NCBI GenBank assembly: GCA_964486045.1
Contig: CAZALK010000005.1
Location: forward strand, 160,001 to 224,000
Length of the DNA stretch: 64,000 nucleotides
Direction of reading: 5' to 3'
Source: an uncultured archaeon
GTDB lineage: Archaea; Asgardarchaeota; Lokiarchaeia; Sigyniarchaeales; SOKP01
In this document: in pieces, positions 19,517-29,824 of the stretch
How positions within the stretch are numbered: position 1 is the first letter of the stretch
How the letters are laid out: the number at the start of each line of letters is the position of its first letter
Made by a program: the position numbers and the translations under genes
The notes under the pieces: model-generated
The model's database searches: none
The model's input: the letters and a program-made list of their open reading frames with translations, nothing else
Told to the model about the DNA's origin: nothing

Positions 19517-20171
19517 ACCTTACGTTATTCTGAGTGCAGCAATGAGTATCGATGGAAAAATAGCTTCAAAAACAGGAGACCCTGAATTATCAGATGAAGA
19601 AGACTGGAAAGATGTTCATAAACTTAGAGCTCAAGTAGATGCTATAATGGTGGGGAAAGGAACAATTTTAAAAGACAATCCTAAGTTGCATATAAAATTT
19701 CATGAACATTCAGGATATTATAGGATTGTTGTAGATAGTAATCTTACCATTCCTATTGATTCCAATATCATTTCATTCCAACCCGAAACTTATCCAACTA
19801 TTATCTGTACAACTGAAAATGCCTCCCTTGACCAAATAAGGAAATATGAAGAAAAGGAGATTAAAGTCATACTTGCAGGAAAGGGTGAGAAAGTCGATTT
19901 AAGAAAATTAATGCCACTTCTAAAGACCCTTGAAATAGATACAATATTGTTAGAAGGTGGGGGGAATTTGAATTGGGGTTTTATAGAAAATGATTTAATT
20001 GATGAAATTAGGCTAACTGTTGCTCCTTGGATTGTAGGTGGGAAGGAAGCAACGAGTTTGGTGGAAGGAATTGGGTTCGATAAAATGGAGGACGCTCGAA
20101 AATTTAAGTTACTTGAAGTGAGAAGCAGAAATAATTATGTAGTTTTGAAATACAAAAGGAATTTGCGATGA
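19494..20171 (+). CDS. arfC: 2,5-diamino-6-ribosylamino-4(3H)-pyrimidinone 5'-phosphate reductase (RibD C-domain)
   Basis: AMSIDGKIA, DAIMVGKGTILKDNP, LEGGG. Confidence 0.85.
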   Translation: MSLIGAIKPYVILSAAMSIDGKIASKTGDPELSDEEDWKDVHKLRAQVDAIMVGKGTILKDNPKLHIKFHEHSGYYRIVVDSNLTIPIDSNIISFQPETYPTIICTTENASLDQIRKYEEKEIKVILAGKGEKVDLRKLMPLLKTLEIDTILLEGGGNLNWGFIENDLIDEIRLTVAPWIVGGKEATSLVEGIGFDKMEDARKFKLLEVRSRNNYVVLKYKRNLR

Positions 20172-21268
20172 GTCGAAGAGAAATTGAATCTTTAAAGAAT
20201 TTAACATTAAAAGAATTAAGAGGGAGGGCAAAAAATACCAAATCGCACTTACCTAATGATGAGCGATTTACAATTACTTACTCCAGAAATTTCACACTTT
20301 CATTATCTAATTATTGCCAAAATTTCTGTGGATATTGCTTTTACAATCATAGAATTCCGAAATTAAATGGAGAAGGAAGCATAATACTAATTAGTAATGA
20401 ACAAATGCAAGAAGCAATCCAAAAGGGTATTAGTCATAATTGCAAAGAGGCATTAATAATGTCTGGAGAAAATCCGGATAGTTTTGAGGAAGTTAAAGAT
20501 GAATTAGACAAAAGAGACTGTAGTGATTTTATTGAATATGTAAAAGATATCTCTACATATTTATTAAATTTCAACCTTTTACCTCATACAAATATAGGTG
20601 CGCTTACTTTTGACGAATTGAAACAATTAAAGAACTGTAATGCCAGCATGGGATTGATGCTTGAAAGTACTTGTATGGATCTAATTGAACTAGGGGGTGT
20701 ACATAGACAATCACCAGGTAAAATCCCTTCTATACGAATAGAACATATCAAAAATGCAGGAAAATTAAAAATTCCCTTTACTACAGGATTACTCTTAGGA
20801 ATTGGGGAAACAATTGAGGATAGAATAAAAGATTTATTTCTGATTAAAGAAATTCATGAAGTTTATGACCATATCCAAGAGGTTATAATACAAAATTTTG
20901 TTGATAAACCTGGAATTCCGTATAAACCTAGAACAAGCGTTACAACTGAAGACATCCTTAGAATTGTGGGGTTGGCGAAAATCATTTTTGAAAACGATAT
21001 AGCCATTCAAGTTCCACCCAATCTCATTGCGGGATTTGAGAAAGATTTTATTGAGATGGGTGTAGATGATTTTGGAGGAATCTCACCATTTACTGTAGAT
21101 TATATTAATCCTGAAAAAAATTGGCCCCAAATTAACGATTTAAAAGATATTTGTGATTCAAAAGGGTATATACTCAAAGAAAGGTTGCCAATTTATGATA
21201 AATATATACAAAAAAAGGGATTCTGTCCAGAAGATATTAAAAAGGTCATAGATAATATGAATTATTAA
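20168..21268 (+). CDS. cofG: FO synthase subunit CofG
   Basis: ITYSRN, CQNFCGYC, LPHTN, SMGLMLE, PFTTGLLLGIGE, QVPPNL. Confidence 0.92.
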   Translation: MSRREIESLKNLTLKELRGRAKNTKSHLPNDERFTITYSRNFTLSLSNYCQNFCGYCFYNHRIPKLNGEGSIILISNEQMQEAIQKGISHNCKEALIMSGENPDSFEEVKDELDKRDCSDFIEYVKDISTYLLNFNLLPHTNIGALTFDELKQLKNCNASMGLMLESTCMDLIELGGVHRQSPGKIPSIRIEHIKNAGKLKIPFTTGLLLGIGETIEDRIKDLFLIKEIHEVYDHIQEVIIQNFVDKPGIPYKPRTSVTTEDILRIVGLAKIIFENDIAIQVPPNLIAGFEKDFIEMGVDDFGGISPFTVDYINPEKNWPQINDLKDICDSKGYILKERLPIYDKYIQKKGFCPEDIKKVIDNMNY

Positions 21269-21288
21269 CCTTACAAATTGCTTGTTAA

Positions 21289-22404
21289 ATGTTAGAACAG
21301 ATAAACTCAGAGATAAATGTAATCTTAAAAAAATCATTAGAGAATGATGAAATATCAACTGAAGAAGCATTAAAATTGCTACAGGTTCATGGTAAAGAGT
21401 TTATTGCTTTACAATATGTAGCTAATCAAATTTGTTTTGAGAAAAAGAAAGATATTGTAACTTTTGTAATTAATAGGAATATCAACTTTACAAATGTGTG
21501 CTTTCAAGGATGCAAATTCTGTTCATTTAGTCTGCCAACTAATCATCAAGATGCATTTTTACTTTCAATGGAAAAAATTAGAGATAAAGTCACCGAGGCA
21601 AAAAAATTTGATTGTTCTGAGGTTTGCATTCAAGGAGGTATAAATCCTAAATTAAAATTCGATTACTATTTAGACATTCTCAAGACGGTTAAAGATGTAG
21701 ATAAAGATATTCATACTCATGCATTTTCCCCACAAGAAATCTATTTTATGTCAAAGTTGTATGACAGTTCAATAGAGAATACATTAAAAGAATTAAAAAA
21801 GGCAGGGTTAGATTCAATACCAGGAACAGCAGCCGAAATTTTGGTTGATGATGTCAGAAAAGTTGTATGCCCTAATAAAATTTCTACTCAACAATGGATA
21901 GATATTATCACTACATCACATAATTTAGGAATTCCAACTACTTCAACTATCATGTATGGTCATATCGAAACACTTAGAGATAGAATTAAACATTTAGAAG
22001 TTTTAAGAGAAATTCAAAAAAAAACAAATAGTTTTTCAGAGTTCGTGCTTTTACCTTTTGTTAAAGAAAATCCTATTTTATCCAGATTGGAAGACCATCC
22101 TTTAAATCCTAGTTATGGGATGGCTGATTTAAAATTATTTTGCGTATCTCGAATATTTTTGAATAATTATATTAATAATATTCAATGTTCATGGCCAAAA
22201 TTAGGGCCAAAATTCTCACAAGTCTCTTTAAATTATGGAGTAAACGATTTCGGCGGCACATTATTTGAAGAAAACATTTCTAGAAGTGCTGGAGCTGAGT
22301 TTGGTCAATTTCTATCTTCGGAAGAAATCGTAAAGATAATAAGAGCGGCTGGAAAGCGCCCTGCTCGAAGAGATACTTTGTATAATATAATAAAGTATTG
22401 TTAA
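21289..22404 (+). CDS. cofH: FO synthase subunit CofH
   Basis: NRNINFTNVCFQGCKFCSF, PGTAAEIL, TIMYGHIE, NDFGGT. Confidence 0.92.
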   Translation: MLEQINSEINVILKKSLENDEISTEEALKLLQVHGKEFIALQYVANQICFEKKKDIVTFVINRNINFTNVCFQGCKFCSFSLPTNHQDAFLLSMEKIRDKVTEAKKFDCSEVCIQGGINPKLKFDYYLDILKTVKDVDKDIHTHAFSPQEIYFMSKLYDSSIENTLKELKKAGLDSIPGTAAEILVDDVRKVVCPNKISTQQWIDIITTSHNLGIPTTSTIMYGHIETLRDRIKHLEVLREIQKKTNSFSEFVLLPFVKENPILSRLEDHPLNPSYGMADLKLFCVSRIFLNNYINNIQCSWPKLGPKFSQVSLNYGVNDFGGTLFEENISRSAGAEFGQFLSSEEIVKIIRAAGKRPARRDTLYNIIKYC

Positions 22405-22407
22405 AAA

Positions 22408-24273
22408 TTAAAGACCTTGTAGGTATTCTAAAACATAGCGTTGTGTTATTAGATCAGAATTAACCATACCCAAAACTTTTCCTTGTTGAACAACTGGCAT
22501 CGCAGAAATCTGATACTGCTCGAGTTCACGTACAATATCTAAAATGGAGAAATTTGGGGACACTGAAATAACTTCCTTAGTCATTATCTCTTCAAGGTTG
22601 GCAGCACCTACTCCTTCAGCAGTTGCTTTAGTTATGTCCCAGTCTGTTACAACCCCTACTAGTTTATCTTCAGAAATAACGGCAACTGTTCCGCTATTTT
22701 TTTCAATCATTAAAGCCGCAGCATCTTGTATACTTCGGTTAACATCAATTGTAGGTATTGGAATCATAATATCTTCTGCTGTCCATTCGCTTTCTTTAGC
22801 AGTTAAACGTTGGATACTGATACGCTCAGCTGCTGAGCATGGAAGCATATCAGGGTTTGATGCTAATAAATCGACTAATTCTATCATATTATGATGAATA
22901 ACATCCTCTCGATAATCTTTTCCAGCTCTTAACCTTTGCTTTGAAAGCTCAGCAAACTCTTCAAAATGATCCCCTAATAATTTTTCTACTTTTTTGCTAT
23001 CTCCTAACATTTCTTCAGGTATTTGTAAACGATCTGGAGATTTAATGATGTGTTCTTGAGCAGCAAAGATGACACCACCAGAATTAACTAAATAATCATT
23101 AGCAATCATGACTCCCCTTTCTCTGTATACAATTTGTTCCATTCTGGTTCGAGCCGCTTTTCTATTCGGATCAGGACTATATGTATTAGCACCTTCTACG
23201 ATTAAGGACCACTTACCCATGCGATCAACTGTTATTGAAGGGGATTCAGAAGGGCGTACTCCTAAATAATTAAATATAGGAGCTGCCGGAACCAAACAAA
23301 ATGCCTTCTCAAGAAGTAAATTATTCCGATTAGTTGAAAATTTAGTTGGATGTTTATATCCCTTAGAAAAAATCTCTTTCTGGAAGTAAATGTTAGTTAC
23401 TAAACGATTTTCTTGCCATAAACTAAAAAGATCTTCTGTTGGTAATCCAGATTCATTATACAAATAACCTTCTAAATCGCTTATACCAATAACTTTAGCC
23501 TCAGGGATTCTTTCCTTCAGAATGCGTGCTGCATGAGCACCAACCGCGCCAAATCCTTGAATCAAAATTTTAAGATCGGCTGTTTCCGGAATTTCTAAAT
23601 TGGCAAATTGTGAGAGTACTCTCAATCTTGGCATAATTTCTAGTAAAGTTTGTAGCGCAATTACAACACCCCCCGCTGCCGCTCCAAGTTCATCAATCCG
23701 ATTTCCGCCCATATCAGCCGGTTTAGATACGGCACTATCTAAGCCATTTTCTATTGCGATGGTTTTCATATCGGCATCATTTGTACCTACATCTGGCCCT
23801 GGTACATAAATATCTTTGTATCTATTAATTAAACGCGCAAAACCACGAATAATTTCATTATGATCCTCTGGTGAGAGATTTCGTTCAGCCACTATCCCAG
23901 CTTTCCCACCGCCGTATGGAAGATTAGCTGCTGCGTTTTTTAGAGTCATCCCTCGAGCTAAATTATGTATATCTGAAGGTAATATATCAGGTAGCATTCT
24001 AATTCCACCCATACTCGGTTTTCCCATACTCAAATTATCGACTATTAAATACCCACCAATTTCCAATGGTGATTCTTCATCCCATATACAAGCTACTAGA
24101 TGCGGACCTAATTTATCAGCAACTATTCGTAATCGAGATAATAAATGCTCATCCACATTACTGAACTCTAAATATACCTTCCCTTTATCCCTTTTAAGCC
24201 GAGTCTTAAGAGTAGCTTCCGGTAACCTCTCTTTCAAAAAAGTTTCCATTTTCTTTGGAATCATAATTTCCAA
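22408..24273 (-). CDS. Glu/Leu/Phe/Val dehydrogenase fused to C-terminal CBS pair
   Basis: GGIR, MTLK, GGGKAG, GPDVGT, QGFGAVG, EGAN, NSGGV; two CBS repeats. Confidence 0.88.
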   Translation of the reverse strand: MEIMIPKKMETFLKERLPEATLKTRLKRDKGKVYLEFSNVDEHLLSRLRIVADKLGPHLVACIWDEESPLEIGGYLIVDNLSMGKPSMGGIRMLPDILPSDIHNLARGMTLKNAAANLPYGGGKAGIVAERNLSPEDHNEIIRGFARLINRYKDIYVPGPDVGTNDADMKTIAIENGLDSAVSKPADMGGNRIDELGAAAGGVVIALQTLLEIMPRLRVLSQFANLEIPETADLKILIQGFGAVGAHAARILKERIPEAKVIGISDLEGYLYNESGLPTEDLFSLWQENRLVTNIYFQKEIFSKGYKHPTKFSTNRNNLLLEKAFCLVPAAPIFNYLGVRPSESPSITVDRMGKWSLIVEGANTYSPDPNRKAARTRMEQIVYRERGVMIANDYLVNSGGVIFAAQEHIIKSPDRLQIPEEMLGDSKKVEKLLGDHFEEFAELSKQRLRAGKDYREDVIHHNMIELVDLLASNPDMLPCSAAERISIQRLTAKESEWTAEDIMIPIPTIDVNRSIQDAAALMIEKNSGTVAVISEDKLVGVVTDWDITKATAEGVGAANLEEIMTKEVISVSPNFSILDIVRELEQYQISAMPVVQQGKVLGMVNSDLITQRYVLEYLQGL

Positions 24274-24419
24274 CCCTTTAAGATATAACTTAGCAATTTC
24301 TTTAAGATTTTATGATTAAATATGTTTTCACTTTTGTTAATTTTACATTAAGACAAATCTAATTTTTTTTATAGGTAAAACCATTTTAATAATTAATTTA
24401 ATTAATTTGAAAATTTGAA

Positions 24420-24752
24420 ATGGTACTATTTATGGCAATAATAAGTATAGCAATTCTTAACGTTAAAGAAGGTAAGATGGAAGAAGCTAAGGAAGTTTTA
24501 AAAAAACTCGTGCCAAATGTTAAAGAATCAGAGCCAGGAACATTAGAATATATCCCCCATACATTCAAATATAACCCAAATTCAATCATATTTTTTGAAA
24601 AGTATGAAGATGAGAGTGCAGCACAAGCACATGTGGCTAATTTACCTAAAAACATGGCCGAATTCGCTCCACTGTTAGATAGAGGAATAGTGACTCTCAC
24701 TATAATTAATGATGAACTAGCTTCCGTAAGAAACATAGAAAAAATAGTGTAA
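24420..24752 (+). CDS. ABM (antibiotic biosynthesis monooxygenase) domain protein
   Basis: EPGTLEY, FFEKYEDESAAQAH pattern. Confidence 0.75.
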   Translation: MVLFMAIISIAILNVKEGKMEEAKEVLKKLVPNVKESEPGTLEYIPHTFKYNPNSIIFFEKYEDESAAQAHVANLPKNMAEFAPLLDRGIVTLTIINDELASVRNIEKIV

Positions 24753-24769
24753 TTATTACTTTTTTTTAT

Positions 24770-26326
24770 TTATTCATCTTGAATATAAGGTTTTCCAAGA
24801 AGTAACGATATTTCAGCTTTCTTCAGCTCTCTTCCTAAGTAATTCAAATGATAAAAATCTTCTGTTAAATTCTGGTTAATTATTTCTTTACTAAGAGCTT
24901 CAGCATTCTCTCCAATATATGTATGGAGCAAGTTGTCTTCATTTGAATAAAAAAGAACAATAATTTTTCCTGCATTTTGATTTAGATAAATTCTAAAATA
25001 TCCACCATCATCTTTTATATAATCTTGGTCTAATGTATTTACAAATATCGCGTTAACTTCATTCACTTGAGGTGCTTTCTGGCTAATTTTACCTTTTGCC
25101 TTAAATACGGATAAGCCTTGATTGATTGGAGGTGTTTTTTTATTTTTAGCTAAATAGTTAAGTTTTATGCTATCTTTTAATTCTCTAACACCACCAAATA
25201 ATTTAGGGCTATGTTCAACAGTAAATAATATCCCTATATCTAGTTCTACAGCAATACTTGCAAGGAGTCCATTCACTCCCACTGAATCTATGTCCATCAA
25301 TTCTACAACATTTGAAATACCAAAAAAGAGAGGTAATTGATCATCTGGAGGAAGTTTTTTGTATAAGAAATAAGTTTCCAATGAATTACAAATACCAGGA
25401 GAAATTGGGGTTTCCAATAGAGGATCAGCAATTAATTTGGTAAATCCATGGTTTCTCAGTTTTTTTGTCAATATTTGTAATTTTTCAATACGGATTTCAG
25501 GATTTCTAGGAAATTTTCCCTCTCTGATATTTGTAGGGAGAATAACAATTGGAATGTCTTTGGGAATGTTAATAAACTCCTTATAATTTCCGATATCAAA
25601 GCTAAGAATCATATCAATATTCACATCTACGGCTGCTAGAATTTCAGAGGGATCCATAGAATCTATACTGAGTAAAATGTTAAACTTGTTCCTTAATATT
25701 TGGATGATTTCTTTGACTCTAAGGGGATTTGGCTTATTCGACACACAACCTATATCAATAATATCTGCTCCAGAATTAATATAATGGTGAGCTTTCTTTA
25801 TTATGCTTTTATCGCTTTTACTCGTACAATTTACTATTTCTGCTATAATTGGTGGGGGGAGATTTCTTCCTATAATTAATTTGGATTTTTCCTTATTAAT
25901 ATAAAAAGTATGTAGCCCTAGATTTTCCTTAGCAATCTCATATTGTTCTTGAACTATTTGATTGTATTGGGTTTCCCCTGAGCGTTGGAATAATTCATTT
26001 GCGGGTATAGTATTAGACAGATTTACTTTCTCTAGATTTTTTAACAATGGGGGGAGATCTGATGCGAATTCAGGTCCCTTCCGAATTCTAACAGAGAACT
26101 TTTCTTCTAAAGCAGTTGAATCCCATTGTACAAAACCAGGCAGTAAAACAAGATTGTAGTTAAACTTTGATTTAGTGTTAAGAATTGTTTCGGCTAGAGA
26201 TTCAGTTAAAAATGCAGATATTGAAATTGGAGCTTCTTCAACTTTAATAGTATGAGTTTTAACTGATTTTATTACTTTTTTTATAATTGGATAGCTTTGT
26301 TTCCCAGTAATGATAAGAATTTTAAT
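24770..26326 (-). CDS. Dihydropteroate synthase-like protein (methanopterin pathway); start extended to ATT at 26326
   Basis: GADIIDIG, SIDS, IADP, NVVELMDIDS, HLNYLGRELKKAE..YIQD; 93 extra open codons beginning IKILIITG. Confidence 0.82.
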   Translation of the reverse strand: MKILIITGKQSYPIIKKVIKSVKTHTIKVEEAPISISAFLTESLAETILNTKSKFNYNLVLLPGFVQWDSTALEEKFSVRIRKGPEFASDLPPLLKNLEKVNLSNTIPANELFQRSGETQYNQIVQEQYEIAKENLGLHTFYINKEKSKLIIGRNLPPPIIAEIVNCTSKSDKSIIKKAHHYINSGADIIDIGCVSNKPNPLRVKEIIQILRNKFNILLSIDSMDPSEILAAVDVNIDMILSFDIGNYKEFINIPKDIPIVILPTNIREGKFPRNPEIRIEKLQILTKKLRNHGFTKLIADPLLETPISPGICNSLETYFLYKKLPPDDQLPLFFGISNVVELMDIDSVGVNGLLASIAVELDIGILFTVEHSPKLFGGVRELKDSIKLNYLAKNKKTPPINQGLSVFKAKGKISQKAPQVNEVNAIFVNTLDQDYIKDDGGYFRIYLNQNAGKIIVLFYSNEDNLLHTYIGENAEALSKEIINQNLTEDFYHLNYLGRELKKAEISLLLGKPYIQDE

Positions 26327-27425
26327 CTAAATCACTCATCAATTTATCTTTATTAAATGGAATAAAAATATTATCTAAAATTGAACCTGATGCATGTTTG
26401 ATATCTAAATTATTTATTATTTGCTCAAATCTTCCCCCTAAAAGGCCGTTTGCTATAAAGGTTGCACCTTGAGCAGCACGTTTAGCTATTTGACTATAGG
26501 TTTTCATTATTCTAACAGGTGCAATATCTCTCAATCCTCTTTCGATCCTATCTTTGATATATCTAAGTTCTGCCCCTCTTCCCGCTAACAAAACCTCCTT
26601 AACTTTTTCCTTTTTTGAAAAAGAGGAGGAAATTCCAAAAACAGCTTTTTTAACACTCGATACATACGCTTTTAGAGCTGTTTTCACTTGCACGTCATTT
26701 TCTGCTAATAAAGTGATTTCCTTTAAACTTAAGTCAGAATATCCTGCAATCGAAGCAACCCCACCTTTATAAATATTTTCTTTATGGATTTTTTTTATTA
26801 AATATGCTAATTCACCGTCAAGACTTCCACAAGCCCTAAATCCCATAATATTTGAACCCCCTATTCCATCAATTATTTGTCCATTTTCAATTGCTAATAC
26901 CGCAGTAAAACCGTATCCAATTTCAACCATTATGAAATTTGTTTCCTCTGGCTTAATTTGATATGTTTCTATCTGATCTCTGATTCCCACAACGGCAGTA
27001 CATAATTTATCGGCAGTTCCCATATCAACCTTGTTAATTTTACGATAATTAGGAACAGTAGGAAGATGTTTAACACCGGGGACGATTACAGATTTAGTCG
27101 GTTCTGCTTTAATAAGCCTTAGAATTTCCCCGAGTCCTAGAAGTTTTTTCTGATCTTCTCTTTCAAATTTTAGCAAAGTAAAAAAAATATCTTTCTCAGT
27201 TAAATCTTTAACATCTTTTAATGGGAGACCAAAACCACTTGGGGCTACCATTAAATCAAGGTTTTTAATGGATCTAATTAGACTTATAACTTTTTGAGGT
27301 TCTTGAACTATTTCCTTAGAGGAAATTGAAGTATCCAAAATTATTTCATTTCCTTTTAAAGCAAAAAAGTCCCAGGACTTCGAGCCAGGATCTATACCTA
27401 AAGCAGATAATTCTCGCGTGGTCAC
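26322..27425 (-). CDS. DUF1464-family ASKHA-fold protein
   Basis: GIDPGSKSWD, APSGFG, KINKVDMGTADK, DGELAY. Confidence 0.8.
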   Translation of the reverse strand: MTTRELSALGIDPGSKSWDFFALKGNEIILDTSISSKEIVQEPQKVISLIRSIKNLDLMVAPSGFGLPLKDVKDLTEKDIFFTLLKFEREDQKKLLGLGEILRLIKAEPTKSVIVPGVKHLPTVPNYRKINKVDMGTADKLCTAVVGIRDQIETYQIKPEETNFIMVEIGYGFTAVLAIENGQIIDGIGGSNIMGFRACGSLDGELAYLIKKIHKENIYKGGVASIAGYSDLSLKEITLLAENDVQVKTALKAYVSSVKKAVFGISSSFSKKEKVKEVLLAGRGAELRYIKDRIERGLRDIAPVRIMKTYSQIAKRAAQGATFIANGLLGGRFEQIINNLDIKHASGSILDNIFIPFNKDKLMSDLD

Positions 27426-27618
27426 TTAAATCATATTGTTAACTAAATCTAAGAATAATATATGATTTTAGAAAATTTAATCAATAATAAGGATATTCAT
27501 TCTACTTTTAGATTTTAAGTTATAATTATTTAAATTTTCATGAATTTCTAATCTTAATTCAATAAAAAATAAATTAGAATACAGAAGTAAATTCAATTTA
27601 AAATTAGGAGTAAATATC

Positions 27619-28152
27619 ATGGCAGTAACAGTTTGGGTGTGCAAAATTTGTGGAGAAGCTTATATTTCGACAACCGATAAACCCGCAAGATGTCCATTCT
27701 GCGGCGTATACGAAAAATATCTAATAGATTCAAAAGATTACGATGACACTGGAGATTGGGATGTGGAATTAAATGACACTGATAAAGCTAATGCTGAAAA
27801 AGCTTTAGGAGTAGAGGTTTCTAATGCACTTTTTTATAAATGCTCTGCCAAAAAAGTTAAAGAAATCGATGGTAAGAAGCTATTTAAGATACTAGCTAAA
27901 GTTGAGAGTGAACATGCATCGGTGTGGAAGAAAATTCTAAAAGTGGATAAGATTAAATGGGAACCCGCAGAGACTTGTGAACCTGAATATAAAGCAGATT
28001 TAGAAGATTCTCATGCCAGAGAGGAGAGAGCAATAAAGTTTTATGCTGAGGCTGCTGCTGCTGCAAAGAACCCTCGTGTAAAAGAAATATTCCATGCTTT
28101 TGTCCAGGTTGAAACTGATCATTTACACTTATCTGAGGAAAGACTTAAATAA
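27619..28152 (+). CDS. Rubredoxin-ferritin-like (reverse rubrerythrin-type) protein
   Basis: WVCKICG...CPFCG then ExxH motifs (ESEH, ETDH). Confidence 0.85.
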   Translation: MAVTVWVCKICGEAYISTTDKPARCPFCGVYEKYLIDSKDYDDTGDWDVELNDTDKANAEKALGVEVSNALFYKCSAKKVKEIDGKKLFKILAKVESEHASVWKKILKVDKIKWEPAETCEPEYKADLEDSHAREERAIKFYAEAAAAAKNPRVKEIFHAFVQVETDHLHLSEERLK

Positions 28153-28224
28153 GCAGTAAAAGTCCACACATTTTTTTCACCAATTTTCATTCATTTAATA
28201 TCCAGTTTATCAGAGTAGATTTTA

Positions 28225-28752
28225 ATGCAAAAATCAGCCCTATTAATAATAGATGTACAAAATGGGTTATTTTCAATAAAAAACCTTCCTATCTACAATG
28301 CGGAATTATTAATTAAAAACATTAACAGCCTTATTAATAAAGCTCGAAATGCACAAGTTCTAATAATCTTTATTCAACATAATGAACCTAAAGGAAAACG
28401 ATTAGAAACTAACACAAAAAATTGGGAAATTCACCCAATGCTACAACAAAATGAAGCAGATATTAATATTCAGAAATTCCAATCTGATTCATTTCTCGAG
28501 ACAAACTTAGATGAAGAACTAAAAAAACACAAAATTTCAAAATTAGTAATTACAGGTTTGGCTACTCCTATGTGTGTTGATACTACTGTTAGGTCTGCTG
28601 TAAGCCATGGATATAAAGTTACTTTGATACAAGATACTCATAGCACGATAGATTCTGATATATTAAGGGCATCTCAAATTGTTGCTCACCATAATGATGT
28701 TTTAAGATTCTTTGCTGAGCTTAAAAAAGAAAATGAATTTAATTTTAATTAG
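28225..28752 (+). CDS. Isochorismatase/cysteine hydrolase
   Basis: LLIIDVQN, K..SDSF, TPMCVDTT. Confidence 0.88.
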   Translation: MQKSALLIIDVQNGLFSIKNLPIYNAELLIKNINSLINKARNAQVLIIFIQHNEPKGKRLETNTKNWEIHPMLQQNEADINIQKFQSDSFLETNLDEELKKHKISKLVITGLATPMCVDTTVRSAVSHGYKVTLIQDTHSTIDSDILRASQIVAHHNDVLRFFAELKKENEFNFN

Positions 28753-28778
28753 GCGAAAAGGTCTTTTATATTTAAATA

Positions 28779-29789
28779 ATGACAGAAATAATAGATTCTG
28801 TACGAGATTTTAAAGAAGAAGGTTTAATTTTTGAAATTCAGCGGTTTTCAACCGAGGATGGGCCCGGTATTAGAACTACTGTTTTTATGAAACATTGTCA
28901 TCTGAAATGCAAATGGTGTCATAACCCAGAATCTTTACTTAATAAACCTCAATTAGAATGGATCGGGCACAAATGCATAGGATGTAAAACTTGTATAGAA
29001 ACATGCAGCCAAGAAGCAATTTTTTTCGATGAAACAGGATTGATAATTAAGAGAAAAAAATGTACTAATTGCCGAGAATGTGTGGAGGAATGCCCATCAA
29101 CAGCATTAAATATGATTGGCAACTGGTGGAATTCTGAGGACCTTTTTTATGAAATAAATAAGGATAAAGTTTATTATTCTGAATCTGGTGGAGGAATTAC
29201 TATTTCAGGAGGTGAACCTACACTTCAACATCCCTTTATTCTGAAATTTTTAAAAAAGTGCAAAGAAAATGGCATCTCAACAGCTTTAGATACTTGCGGT
29301 TATGCTTCAGAAGAAGTCTATAAAAAATTGGTACCTTATATTGATTTGGTTTTGTTTGATATAAAAGAAATAGATAATAAGAAACATTGTGAATTTACTG
29401 GAGTGCCTAATATAAAAATTCTAGAAAATATCTCATGGATTGCTAAATATTTAAAAAATAATAATAAAAGAACGTGGATTCGGACCCCTATTATCCCTGG
29501 ATATACAGCAACTGAAGAAAATATTATGGGGATTGGAAAATTTATTGTTGATAAATTAAGAAATGTTCCCGAACGATGGGATTTATTAGCATTCAATAAT
29601 TTATGTACAACTAAATATGAACGCCTTGGGATTGACTGGCAGCTTAAAGACGAACTGTTGATGACAGGAGATCAAATTGAAGATTTATGTAGAGTTGCTA
29701 AAAACACTGGTATTAAAAATGTTCAGTGGTCAGGTCTTACTCGAAAGATTGACGATTCCCAAAAATTAAATAATAGCATCATTAAATAG
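28779..29789 (+). CDS. Glycyl-radical enzyme activating protein with 2x[4Fe-4S] insert
   Basis: DGPGIRTTVF, CHLKCKWCHNPES, two CxxCxxCxxxC, SGGEP. Confidence 0.92.
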   Translation: MTEIIDSVRDFKEEGLIFEIQRFSTEDGPGIRTTVFMKHCHLKCKWCHNPESLLNKPQLEWIGHKCIGCKTCIETCSQEAIFFDETGLIIKRKKCTNCRECVEECPSTALNMIGNWWNSEDLFYEINKDKVYYSESGGGITISGGEPTLQHPFILKFLKKCKENGISTALDTCGYASEEVYKKLVPYIDLVLFDIKEIDNKKHCEFTGVPNIKILENISWIAKYLKNNNKRTWIRTPIIPGYTATEENIMGIGKFIVDKLRNVPERWDLLAFNNLCTTKYERLGIDWQLKDELLMTGDQIEDLCRVAKNTGIKNVQWSGLTRKIDDSQKLNNSIIK

Positions 29790-29824
29790 TAATCTAGAAA
29801 GACTTCCTTTAAGAATGGTTTATT

